A stretch of DNA of 64,000 bases from Phoronis australis. Its lineage: Eukaryota > Animalia > Phoronida. Below are positions 11,701-23,824 of the stretch, piece by piece. The position numbers were made by a program, and so were the translations under genes. Location of the stretch: the NCBI GenBank assembly GCA_002633005.1, contig NMRA01000094.1, positions 522,597 to 586,596 on the forward strand. The letters are read 5' to 3'. Under the pieces are notes generated by a model. That model was not told the DNA's origin and made no database searches. It saw only the letters and a program-made list of their open reading frames with translations. Positions within the stretch are counted from its first letter, which is position 1. Each line of letters starts with the position of its first letter.

Positions 11701-14700
11701 GGAAAGTTCGTTAAAGCTCGGGAGCTGCTTCATTTCATGTTCTGAGCATCTTCTCAGGAGGCATTTACAATCTGTCAATTCTTCACATCTCAGTGAAGAA
11801 CTTACGGAACGCAGTTTTACTGCGGAAAATACCGACAATCAAAATTCAGTTTATTATTGATGGAGTGTTGACGTATAGCAGGTTTAAGGTATTTAGAAAT
11901 CTAAAAATTGTCCAAATTTGGCTAACAGTAGATTGGATTCATATGGGACTTTCAGAATCTATGCTTTATGCACTCAATCAGTTGCTTGGAATTGGTTTTA
12001 AACTGCTCTACTTTTGTACGAGAGGTTACGAAAAATAGGAGTTTTACGATTTTCATGAAAAAAGGTACAGAAAACATAAACGAAATGATCATTTAGAAAA
12101 CTGACTGTGACAACGTTTCTGACATTTCATCTTGAACTTGTAAGCTGATGGGAGGCGCAGCACTGAAATAAGTGGAGCTATACCCCATATGGTGCGCCAC
12201 CCATGTTATGACAAATCCAATTATTTAGTGTAATTGATACCGTCATTTTGCAATCAATATGACTGTTTTACTAATGTTTACCAGAAAACATGGTGACGTG
12301 ACCAATTAGTAACAGATTGTTAAAAAGTCACAAATCAAATTGTAAAGGCTCTCTCCACTTTCAGAGAATGTATATTTTAATTGGTTTAACGCCTAAAGTT
12401 TTGTAGGTATTTGGCTAAATACATAGACATGTGGATAGGGTGTACATATGGTGTACATATTTAACTCCAAAAATAGAATTGAACAAGTTCACGAATAAAT
12501 GACCAACAATGAAAGATTAACTAATAATGTAAAGCTACGTTTTATAAATTACTGTACTCTTTCTTCTCCGTAAATCGAAAAGTACGAACTATTCTAGATA
12601 ATTTTTGTTACATGTTTATTAACTTTTGTTAAATCCTACAAACTGATTGTATAGCAAGGCAAGGGAATCCCAGACCTTTGTCTTTAATCATCTGAACTGG
12701 AAAAAACTCCACACCTGATGTTAATTAAACACTAATAAGGTTGTTTTTGTGAGACTGGACACAATGAGTTGAATTTATCCTAAGATATCACCTTTTTGTG
12801 AAGCTGGAAAACACGGTATTTTTAAGTTAAATTTTAAGCATGTTTTCATGTCCTCGGCATAAAAGGGAATGTTGTACCTAACACCATTCCAAAGGGAATG
12901 CTGTACCTAACACCATTCCCCTTGAAGTTAACGCAGCTGCAAAATAATGTTAGTTTTCAAAACAGTGTCAGTTTTGCAAAAGCCGATGATCCATGAATGA
13001 TGTATGATTTTCAAATTAAAAGGATAGTTTTAGCGATACTTAGCAATTTAGGCATTCTGTTGCAGGTCCTCAGTTGTATTACATATCAAAGTCATAACTG
13101 ATATGATTACTATGATAAAGGAAAGCAAAACGTGATGCTGGTTCTGTTGTATTGACAAACAAAACTTAGTCCTCTCATTCACCGAATCGCCATAATATTA
13201 CGTCAACGAGGTGTATGCATACATGTGATTAAAAGATGGTGGGAAAAACGAAGACAAAGGATAGTTTTGATCCTGAGGGAATTCTGTGTCTGCATGCATA
13301 CGACTATTGAGAACGAATTCTACGAGTCGCCTCAAGTCTCTGACTTTGCGTCCATAAAAACAGAAATTTGTGAAAAGAGAAAAATCCTCACCCAAATTCC
13401 TTAATTCGGGTAATTTGACATTTCGCTGTTTCGATCTCATGCTCACGACGTGCTTTCCGACTCGATTTCTGTTATCCATTTCGTACCTGGTTATCATATC
13501 AATCTCCCAGCGCGTGGTGTGTCTAAAAATGAACTGTTAACCTGTCTAAAATGAACCACAATGCACCAACTTGGCCCACTTAATATGTTGGCTCCGCCCG
13601 TGACCAAGATGGACGCAATGCATTGGAATTCGACTAAATGTTTTGTGATAATTAAGTTAATTACGCACTACAAATTCAGATTACATTGCGCGTGAATGTT
13701 GAAATAATGGACGCGGATAAGGGTTGTCTAGGTTATATTGACCGAAAATAAGTTTTGACCTAATAATTAACCAAAGACCTTGAGTCGTACACCTCTCACG
13801 ACTTAATCTGCTTTTTCTCGGCTTCGACAAATCGACTTAACTTGAACTTATGAATACGAATCCTCGAAAACGGCTCCGTTAATTTCGTTGAAACTTTCCA
13901 AACTAAATAATTATTTATCAATCTCAAAAATACCATTAGCATTTTCGCTATCAAGGCCTAGTTTTTGCGTAATAAAACAAACACGAATACGAATGTTGTT
14001 TTTTACAAAATACCTTACGTTTTCCGAGTTGACTTGTCACAGAAACCAAAGGAAAAGGAAAAATCTGTTCGAATTTCCCTAACAGCGTTTTTGAGGTAAC
14101 TGGTGAAGTTTTCTTTTCTAAAAATTTTCATTAAAATTGATTGAGGGGTTATTTTGTTATGAATATACCTTTCTGAAAAATGAAAACTTGACTTGTAAAA
14201 AGGGATTAACCTAACAATAATAATGGTACATAAATATAAAATATTTTTATATTTCTTGATCTTTTTTCCTTCAGAAATATATACTTTTACTACTTGACAA
14301 AGCCTAGATTTTTTGGCATGCGCGCACCCAGGGGGCTCAAATTGGGCAAAAAGGTCCGCCTCAGAGAAACAAGAAGTCCGAGCAAATGAGACAAAAATCC
14401 ACTAAAAAGGCACAGTTCTGAAGGTGGTACCCCGTTTTTTGTTAGCAATAGGCCCGCTTAGTCTGGAATTCGAACCTCCCCATATTAAAGGCTGAGTGCA
14501 CGCATGTTTGGTATTCAAGTTCGAATGGAGACTACTAAATAAGGTTTGAAATAAGTGGACTTGGTTGTCTAAAACAAAATACGGTATATGTGTGTACTTA
14601 AGCCAAGAGTGCTGTGCGGACTGAATAATGCGATTTTCCGAAAACTTTTTCTACTCAAGCGTTTTACACGTTGGCACATGCACCCAAGCTATTCCTCGTA

Positions 14701-17700
14701 TATGTGTATTTTTAGATTGAATGATATTCCTTTGTTTTTGTCCATTCTTAATACGCCACTTACAGGTGGATATGTGTATGTCTTAGAATGGGTGTTCATC
14801 CAGTGTTTTTGTCCATTCTTAATACTTCCTGTTTTTAAGCAGAAAGTATTAAAATACTTACTGTTGGATTGAATACATGTCGCATCTAGCATTTTGTAAC
14901 GGATAACTCAAGCTTTACACGCATCTGCATATTGTTTCAGACGATTTTTCGCTCGTTGGCTTCACTTAAGTGTTTTACGCATAGGCACATGCGCCCAATT
15001 TCCTATATAGAAGCATCATGGGTAGGTTCATGGGCCTAAATGTGAGCATGTACGGTAATGAAATTGCATTTTGGCTTGATTTATTTGCCAGGTGGCACGC
15101 GCAGAAGAATTGGGACTTACCACTAAAGACGGGGCCACTCTCATGATGTGTTTGGGCTGCAGTACGTGTATCGCCAGAATCGTGTTTGGCAAACTTTCGG
15201 ACTCTTCCTGGTTCCGACACCTACATATGTTTCAGGGATGTATAGCAATTCAAGGAGTATCTATGATTGTTCTACCACTTTTGAAAACTTTCTCAGGCAT
15301 GTGTAGTTCCTTGATTTTCACTAAGACTGGCTTATAAGGCTCCATATTGAAGATCCCTGCATAACTGAATTCCTGTTTCAATATTGCTCAGTCAAGAGAA
15401 AAAAAACGTGTACAGTTACGACATTTAAATTTTATCTTTTCCTTGACGACTGGTTAACGAAAATACAAAATTTTAAAATAAAAACAAACTAGATATTGTC
15501 CAAGTGGAAAAATTGGCTAGGGTTTTCAACAATTAAAGCCCGAAACTATCGGATAGAGGACAAGTACATATTGAACTTTTGATGGGGGAGCACAGAACAA
15601 ACCTCTGACAGGGCTTGAAGACAACTGTAGTTTACTAAAGTAATGAGCGATGAACAACAAGAAGCAAGAATAGAGCAGAACCCAGAGTGGACACGAACTG
15701 TCATTTTGTTTTACTCCAATTTTCCAATAATAGCACCTATAAGATAATAGAGGTACCCTTGCTACATGCTAGTGCGCCGCTGTTTTTTAGTGTTGTTCGT
15801 AGGACTGTCTTCGGTTGGAACCCTTTCGGTTCCGTTGAACTTACGATACATTATTTAGTGTATCTGGTGGTGCGTGTATGTTGACTCTAGTACATTTCAT
15901 CTCCATAGGGCTTCTGTGTTACGTTTTTCTTGTTGGCATGATGGATGGGTGCTACGTGGTTTGCATGCCTGTATTGACCTTTAAATTAATGGGCTTAAAG
16001 CGTGCAGTTCTTGCTTGGGGATTCATGATTGGTGCATCATCAGTGACGTTTACACTCGGACCGCCAATCGCCGGTGAGAAAATGTTTACACAGTTTTCAT
16101 TGACGACTGACAACTACTCTTGGGTTCCTTACCTTAACATTATGGTGATTAAAGACTATGTCTTTCAGTGTGGCGTTTTACTCCATTCAGTGACCTTCCT
16201 GTTACAATATATTATGGACAATATTCTTTTGGTAATCGGCAAATTTTACGATGGTTGTGTTAATGTTGCAATGTTCGTCATTTAACAAGAAACTGGCGAA
16301 GGCGTGCATCACAAAACCCTGTTAATTTTGATGCACGTGACAGACTTGTCTACTTCTTTAAATCGGAGGATTTGTCAGCATGACCTCGCTTTTGATCCCG
16401 TGATCTCTGCGCTAGAGAGTGAGACAACAAACTGAGCAGATGTTTCTCAAAATATCGAACAAATTGCGAAGACTTATGTCGACATGAAATCGTAGCTTGT
16501 GATTAAGTAGTTGGGCCCTAGTACCATAGATTAAGTACTTAACCTATGCTAGTACCGAGGGTAAATGGTATCTTTCGTTCATACTGCCTTGCTCAGTCCA
16601 TGAGAAAATAGTTGAACTTTTTCATCAGGTAACTACATATGACGTAGTAACCTGGTGGAAAACTTCACATTGAACCCAGACATGTTGTTATTACAGGTTG
16701 GATATATGACGCCACCCTCTCCTATGAACTTTCCTTCCATGTGGCTGGCGTTCCAGTTCTCGTGGGAGCCTTCGTTATGTTCAGCGTTCCTTGGCTCGAT
16801 CGACGCTATGGTGATCGCCAAACGGATACGGTGTCTCTGGCTAATGGTGCACTTAGCGGATCGCCAGACATGAATGTGATGACTCGCCCACTGAGCTCTG
16901 TCACACTCGATCGCCTAAAGTCATCACAAACTCTTGCTCAATCTAGCGCAGTTGATAAAAACAAAAATGTGGGGTAAAGTGCAATGAGGTCGTACATTTT
17001 TGTTGAAATCTATTACAAACGTTACAAGGTTTATCCAATTAGCAAGTTGCCTTTGTAATTTCTGAAATGTTGACCAACTGTTTCTTTAGGTCCACGTTCA
17101 TTGTAAATGTGTCTTCCACACCAACATTTTTTCAGTGTGCAGCAGAGACGTTGCACTGCCAGTTCCAAGCTTTGAACATCAAACTGTACAAAGCAGAGAT
17201 TGCCCATAATATCAAGTTTTAGGTCTTGACCTAAACCACCATACTTTTGAAGAAAAATTTCATACTCAATATCGTACACAATATACAAACATTTTGCATC
17301 GCCAGTGAAATGAACACAGCCAAACAGACTATTAAAAAACACGTGACCTAAGGTACACATTCTCATTAAGGACCAATGACTGACAGGAAGTCTACGATAG
17401 AAAGCTATGTCATCTTCATTTGATTAAATTAGGTACAGAAAACTGTGTAAAGTACCTATCGATTTCACTTGATCCTCTTATAAGTTTCAAAAGACTCGAA
17501 CTGTACAATATCTCTTCAACTCCGCAAGACGTAAAACGAGGCATGGTTACTGAAGGCTCACCTATTATCGTATATTAATTATTAATCCCTACGTCTGATG
17601 TTCATGCATGAAATACACAATCTTGTTAGTAACTGTTGACCAGGCTTTTCAACAGAAATGTTCCGACCTTCACAACATTCTTTTTGGTTCTACGAAACAG

Positions 17701-20700
17701 AGGTGTTGACACACTGGCGACTCTGGCAGCAAAGAAACTTCCCACGAGATCTCGTCAGTTGCTTACTCGAAGCAGGTCAGATATGTATCATTTGAGTCAA
17801 ACGTCACAGCAGGCTGTCTATAGTGACATCAGGAGTCACAAAAGTGCTGACGTACACTTTCCAACTGCCATCGTGTGCAAGAAGACAAAAGAAATGACTT
17901 TCGAGGTTTGTATTTTGGTCAGATGCTTTTATTTAGCGTTTCCTATTCCGGAATCATGACTTTTCTTTATACTATCTAAAACAAATTGGTTTAATCAAGA
18001 AGGATGGACTTTTTTATTGACAAAATTACATGTACGTCGATGGTGATGGATTGTTCTGACATGTCAGTAGAGCTAATGATACCAGCCAATCAGGGTGCGA
18101 GAAAATTTATAAACACTACGACTGACGTCCATCTCGTGCCACAAATATTCGCTTGCAAGGAATCCAGACATGATTTTTCAATGAGCTTGGGACATTTGCA
18201 GCTCAGATTTACGATTTACTGGGAACGAACAAGGAAAAGTGATTGAAGGATTCCAAGGCATGGGATAGATTTCACGATCAGCTGAAATTATGTCGGAAAT
18301 GGACCTCAGAACAAACTAGCTGAAAGTGAAATAAATGTACCTTCATAACGTTTCGCAAATATTTTCTTTTCGTTACTTTATTAGTTTCTGGCGTGAATTA
18401 GGCTAAAATCTATTCTAGATATAGTTTCGCAGTCGCAACCATTTTACAGCTGCAACCGTTGTAAAGCACGTTAACTGTCTGTTAGTAAAGTTCTTGAAAC
18501 ACAACGTACAGATACTGTAACTACAGCTGTTGGTGACACCTGGTGGTACGCAGGACCTACATGTACTGACNTTCGAAGAATTCCGCCAAGTAATAAATGT
18601 ACCTTCATAACGTTTCGCAAATATTTTCTTTTCGTTACTTTATTAGTTTCTGGCGTGAATTAGGCTAAAATCTATTCTAGATATAGTTTCGCAGTCGCAA
18701 CCATTTTACAGCTGCAACCGTTGTAAAGCACGTTAACTGTCTGTTAGTAAAGTTCTTGAAACACAACGTACAGATACTGTAACTACAGCTGTTGGTGACA
18801 CCTGGTGGTACGCAGGACCTACATGTACTGACACCTGGTGGTACGCAGGACCTACATGTACTTACAAAAACGCCTGGAAAAACATGGTGGGAGTGCAAAA
18901 AGCTGCAAGTGTGTCTCTTTCAACATAATGTTTACCAGCTAGTGCTTTGATATTAGTCCGTGTAACATATGGTCCTGACTTGCAGAACTATGATCTTCCT
19001 GACATCCAAAGACTAGTGCAGCCTTATTCTAAACACCACATAACCAGTGGCTACGAGCAAAACTTTACACCGTCTAATCGCGTAAATACAGTTTTTCCTC
19101 ATTATCATTCTTGTAATGGTGCCAGCGACCTTAAAGTAATATTCCGAGATTTTTTTATTTAAAAAGTCGAAAATCCAGGAAAATGTTAGGGCCTAAAAGT
19201 ACTTAACATAAGAGACCAGTGTACGAAATTCGAATACCAAGCATTTCCAAAACGGGAAACTGACATCACAATAATTCTTTGCTGTGTCTTTCAATTAAAA
19301 AACGCTTCATTTAGAAAGTTGGACGTGACTTCGCTTTAGAACGAGCGTGCGAGCGTTGGGCTGTTACTGTTACAGGACCCGAGTTTGGCGAGTATGGCGG
19401 CTTCAATTCAAATTGAACCGAATTGTGCGTTTGTTACACATTGAGTCGAATCACGACATTTGACCCGTGTACAACAAATCCCCAAAAGATGTGTCTATGC
19501 ATTCTCTAAAACCAATCTCGGTAACTTTAATTTAACCAGGTTCCCAGGGAAAACCTGGACCCGTGTGTTTTAAATGCCAACGATTGAATCGCAGGTCAAA
19601 AGGTGAAATTGACTTTGCTGGAGAAGCTGGACGTGGAAAAGAACAACGAACTTTTTAATTTTTTTGTTATTCTCCCAGTTCAACATAAGCACAGACAATG
19701 GTCTGGGATCCCTTGCTTTACTTTACAACTCATTGAAAGAAGAGTTTACCAAGCTAACAGCATACTTGAAATGGATTTTAGAAATACATATGAAAACATA
19801 CAAGACAGTGCACTAGTAGCCTCTGAAAAAAGGAACAGAGTATTTTGGAGTGATGAAATATCCTTACATTGTTATTACGTTGTGCATTTGTTACCATCTG
19901 TTTGTAAACTTTTCTATTTCTAATTTTTTTGAATAAATGTGTTTTTCACAGGAGTAAGAAAATTCAATTTCTTTTGTCAATATAATTAAATTTGGAGGTT
20001 TACCATTGAGACGTTGGTTATATAAATGGAACTTGCAAAGACACAAGATTGAATTTTGAATTGATTGGCTTCTACATCTGTTTCCAAACAATACTGTAAG
20101 TACATTTGTACCCAGGGAAATATTTTTTTTCTAACCCAACATTGTTCCAAAAATTTTGAACAACATCACATTGCTAGTATAAATGAAGCAAAGTCTCAGG
20201 TTCACTCTCACAAAATGTACACAAGGGGGAGTTACTAACGCCAATTTTAACAAGATAAGAGTTACAGCTGAATATCCTATTTGACAATCTAAATTGAAAC
20301 CTTCGAAGTTTCACATCAAGTGTAAAGTTCACAAAATACGCATTTTCCACCATTCAATAGTGTCTGGTATAGCAAGTTCTGCCTGCCACCTCATCTCTGA
20401 CCTAGGCTTAGAATATTTGAGTAGCACAAAAATATTGTATATATGTTTTGTGTCCTTGTTGTCTGCAAGTAATAATTTCATAAAAATTAGGATAAAGGGT
20501 GCATAGAAGGAAAACTTGTCTCTTTTTGAGATTTTCCATTTTTGACAAACAGCCTCCCTGAGTCCATAAAAATTCAAGATCATTGGTCTAAAATTGAACT
20601 TTTTTGCAAAAAGCATCAAAAGATAACAAATATCCATGCTCGTCTAGTAGGTCTGAGATATAATAAACACCCATTTTAAACCATCTTCTCAAAACATACT

Positions 20701-23599
20701 TTCTCCACCAATTAAAACATTAGTGTTGATATGGTATTTCCTCCTGATCGATTATATTAGAAAAATCGTACAGAAAGTTTAATAGTTCCTTCCAAGAAGG
20801 TTCTCAGTTTGAGAAGCGGCATGTTTGTAGAAATAGTTACCAAATTTTAGACAACCCAATGATACTAAATCACTGTTTAAGAGGAGACTTGACCATGATG
20901 TAGAATTTGTGGCTTTTAAGATCTTGCGCACCCATGTTATCTTAATTGCCTTTACAAAAGCGTAAACATCTATCATTTTACAACTGCCAAAGTCATAATG
21001 TTGAATCATGGTTTTGCTACTAAGTTTGTCACACTTTCCTCCCCAAATATAATTAAAACAGTTTTTTCTAAATCATTACAGAACAGATTGTTGGAGATTG
21101 GCAAACATGACAAAACATGGATCAGTTTTGGGAGAAGAAATGATTTGACCACAGTGATTTGATAACTTTCAGAAATCTGTAATTCAAAAAGATACACGCA
21201 CAAACTCAGATTCCAATTCTTATTTGTGTCAGTTACACCCGCATTTCAATTTCCGATTTAGGCTCGCTGCTTTAAGCCATTTGTATTTACATGTACTCAA
21301 CGGATTCTGAATACAACGGCAAAGGAGTAGTCTGGGGGTCTCTTTGAAAACCTTAGGTTTTTCAAAAAGCAATTTAATTCTTCGATGGGAAGAACTGCTT
21401 ATTAGACTTTGAATGATTATCGCTGAACGACTTTAAGTCCACGCCTCTAGCTTAGCGTTGTGCGTAGTGGCTGCGGTATCTGAACCTCGCCTATTCATTA
21501 GGAGACGTAGAAGTTATTGTAACTTACAAAACCACGTAATTTTTTTGCAAAATAGTAACTAGTTATCTAATGGTATACTTCGGGCCCTAACGTTTGCTAA
21601 AACGTCCACAATTCTAGAATTTTACAATAAAATGCAAAGTGAAACAATGGGCAACCGTGTTTAGTATCTGTTTGAATTAATGCGACACATGATCTGCGTT
21701 CCGTAGATACAATGAACCTTGCACAAATGCAGGACTTCGTGAGATATCACCATGCTTTACATGATCACACTAGGTTTACTTGGGAATTTGTTGCACCTAC
21801 TAAACGTAACCGTGAATGACAAACTGCTTTTCTCCTGAACAATATCTCTTATATGATCACGTGCTGTGTTGTTGGAGGGCGGGCGCTTTATTCGTGAATA
21901 AAACCATGATGGACGCATTCTGATATTTCGAAAGACGTAAATGTCTTCAAATGTTCTCAGAAATATTCCAGTGAATTGTTTTACCGTACGGTTAAACATA
22001 TGAAATGAGATGGAGGTTGGCTTTAGGTTGGTGCGCTGTGTGAAATTTTGCTTGAGACTACAACATTGCGAAAGACGATACCTTGCACAAACGGTGAAAG
22101 TACGAGCGCGAAACGAGTCAACCTGCCAAACGTTAAAATTCGAGGTATCATAAACAAAATATTGCATTTTAAAATAACCCTTTACCATAAACAGCTCAAG
22201 TAGCATATACCCCAGGTTCGTATCCAGGGGGGTTCGGGGGGTTCGATGGAGCCCCCGCGGAAAAGGTCCAGCCCTAGCCTATCCGATAGGTTAAGACAGG
22301 ATATAGATGGACAACAAAAACAAAATTGTTGCGGCTACTAGTACTACTAACCACAATCATAATCAAATTGATATAGTTTTAAATTTGCTCGTGATTCAAA
22401 GCGCTTCACATAATCATCGGGCCGTACCCGGCCCGAGTGGTGTTTGCGTAGATGACATGAGGATCGTACAGACAATTAGACCAGGCTTTATGATATTCAT
22501 CGGCATTGAACGCGCGTGGTCGCTACACCATCGTTTAACAAGGGAGTCTAAAAGTAAATGTCTATACCCCTAGCCAAGCTATATAGCATCGAGAGAGCTC
22601 ACAAAAAGTGGTGCGGTGTGAATGCTTTAAAATCGACCAAGAAACAAAACAGCAGAAAATGGGGAGTTGTCTGCTAATTTGGTGTACTTGCTAGCATAGG
22701 ATGATAAAATGCAGGCATTTTCAAATTTCGAATTGAAAATTGTTGCTCATCCAGTGTCCACTTTGATTGTGCATTGGTGGATTGACATGCATTGTGTGCG
22801 TTTCCGTTCTTTTAAATTCAGTACACGCCGACGGTAATTTCACTGACTACTATGTCATTTCTCAGAAACCAGACATTACGTTTTCTTGCGCTGAGAAATC
22901 AACGAATTTTCACGTTATTAGAAAAAGTAAGTCTATACCTAATTAAAGCTTTGGTCAACGAAGTTAGTCTTCTCTTATTGTCAATGGTACACAGCCTCGC
23001 AGATTTTATACGAGCAACAAACTTGATGGAACAAATTTCCAAGATTACATGTTACTTTCCGAAGGTTCACTACTCCATAGGTTTTCTAGAAAGTTCACAA
23101 CTTCGAATGTCCACAATTCCGAAACAAGAACGCCGACTGTTCATTACTCTGATTGTTTACTAATGAGTCGGAACTCACATGAACAACGTTTTTAAATACA
23201 CTGCAGCCTCGCAATTATTGGCAATAATGAACTTTGGTTCCTTTCTTACCACAGATGACCTTTGGAAGTGAAGAAATGACAGCGAAAGATGTCGCTGCCT
23301 GCCAACGTCAGCGGACCGATCGCATCATTGACAGGCCATTTACAAGCAAATCTGTTTCACCCGTAAGGACACCAGCGGTCTTAGTAATGAATCCTATTTT
23401 ATCTGCGACTTTGTCAATCTCACCAAAAGAGTGTGTCACGCCTCCTAGTAGAGCGGGTACGCATAATGAATATTCGGCATTTCACATTGTTTCTCGAAGT
23501 ACTAGCGTTGCCGTGGACAGATGTCTAAAAATGGAAGATGTCGTAGCGAAACTTGATGAAATAGCAAACAAGGAAGCTGCCATACGGCCGGAGATATAA
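5449..23599 (+). CDS. SLC16 monocarboxylate transporter (MFS), MCT8/MCT10-like; join(5449..5719,6008..6591,15092..15296,15909..16073,16697..16973,17701..17905,23255..23599), ~683 aa
   Basis: MCT motifs: SWAICMAAF (TM1), AWIGS, YFEKY..ALGIMTAGSSFG, LGWRNTFRILG, FGYYIPYVHLV, ARIVFGKLSD and LGPPIAGWIYD. Intron phases are mutually consistent (1,0,1,1,2,0) and the total of 2052 nt is 684 codons. Exons 1-5 are high confidence; exons 6-7 rest on splice signals and phase only. Confidence 0.85.
6008..6591 (+). CDS. SLC16 transporter exon 2
   Basis: Acceptor TTTCAG|CG, encodes AWIGS through YVHL, donor TTG|GTGAGT (phase 0). Confidence 0.93.
9472..9969. mobile_element. ~500-bp MITE nested in Kolobok copy 1
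   Basis: Imperfect TIRs TATGATGGGCC..GGGGAAAGTGTCGCCG / CGGCGACACTTTCCCC..GGCCCACCATA and subterminal TTACG(A/C)GCGTAA palindromic repeats. Flanked by TGCCGA/TGTCGA. It is absent from copies 2 and 3 (empty site in copy 2: TTGCCGAGAGGTG). Confidence 0.88.
10047..10313 (+). CDS. THAP zinc-finger-only ORF (88 aa), N-terminus of a Kolobok-type transposase
   Basis: MPLYC..VPAC...SFFRLP.E...RKW...LRVCGRHF matches the C2CH THAP signature with conserved P, W and F. No DDE domain follows. Confidence 0.75.
   Translation: MPLYCGASVPACPNYEAAKKAGISFFRLPREPEMLRKWLAVVKNERYAVNSKYEAVKHLRVCGRHFVDSDFSDEFRIIKELCMFTAPL
12862..12919. repeat. 29-bp tandem duplication
   Basis: AAAGGGAATG(T/C)TGTACCTAACACCATTCC occurs twice. 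Confidence 0.85.
15092..15296 (+). CDS. SLC16 transporter exon 3
   Basis: Acceptor TTGCCAG|GTG, encodes VARAEELG...ARIVFGKLSD...KTFS, probable non-canonical donor CAG|GCATGT. Confidence 0.88.
15909..16073 (+). CDS. SLC16 transporter exon 4
   Basis: Acceptor CTCCATAG|GG, encodes LLCYVFLVGMMDG...LGPPIA, donor G|GTGAGA (phase 1). Confidence 0.92.
16697..16973 (+). CDS. SLC16 transporter exon 5 (TM12 and start of C-tail; ends at TAA 16977 if unspliced)
   Basis: Acceptor TTACAG|GT, encodes GWIYDATLSYELSFHVAGVPVLVGAFVMF. The donor GG|GTAAAG overlaps an in-frame TAA. Confidence 0.9.
17701..17905 (+). CDS. Probable SLC16 exon 6 (cytoplasmic tail)
   Basis: A pyrimidine tract plus AAACAG| gives a phase-2 acceptor that matches the exon 5 donor. 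The frame is open (GVDTLATLAAKK...EMTFE) and ends at donor GAG|GTTTGT (phase 0). Confidence 0.65.
18330..18832. repeat. Apparently identical 241-bp duplication flanking a single N (18330-18570 / 18592-18832); probable assembly artefact
   Basis: The two copies look identical and sit either side of the N at 18571. Both end in the unit GACACCTGGTGGTACGCAGGACCTACATGTACT, which is tandemly repeated after the second copy. Confidence 0.85.
19890..21230 (-). mobile_element. L1/Tx1-clade LINE ORF2 3' fragment (in SLC16 intron 6)
   Basis: Minus-strand ITVVKSFLLPKLIHVLSCLP, DVYAFVKAIKITWVRKIL and the zinc knuckle SPLCTFCESEPETLLHL match the post-RT region of L1/Tx1 ORF2. Degenerate. Confidence 0.8.
22211..23186 (+). 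repeat. ~970-bp dispersed repeat, copy A (non-coding; probable non-autonomous DNA element)
   Basis: Colinear similarity with 29361-30326 from CCCAGG(T/TC)CGTA.CC through ...ACTCACATG.ACAA. Confidence 0.85.
23255..23599 (+). CDS. Probable SLC16 terminal exon 7 (cytoplasmic tail)
   Basis: Strong acceptor TTCCTTTCTTACCACAG| in phase 0, then 114 open codons (MTFGSEEM...IRPEI) to TAA. Confidence 0.65.
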   Translation: MTFGSEEMTAKDVAACQRQRTDRIIDRPFTSKSVSPVRTPAVLVMNPILSATLSISPKECVTPPSRAGTHNEYSAFHIVSRSTSVAVDRCLKMEDVVAKLDEIANKEAAIRPEI

Positions 23600-23683
23600 C
23601 TCGTATTGCATTACGATTTACGCATAAAATACAAACACATTGGTATTTGTACGTGTGGTATAATTAAAAAATACTCTTTTTCT

Positions 23684-23713
23684 CATCATAGTCACCATCA
23701 CCATCACCATCAC

Positions 23714-23760
<47 letters not shown>

Positions 23761-23824
23761 GCATCATCATCATCATTATTATTATCATCGTCATCATCAT
23801 AAATTTCATCCATTCATCATCATA
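23684..23824. repeat. (CAT/CAC)n trinucleotide microsatellite in the putative SLC16 3' UTR
   Basis: Direct CAC/CAT repeats about 85 bp after the TAA at 23599. Confidence 0.95.
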
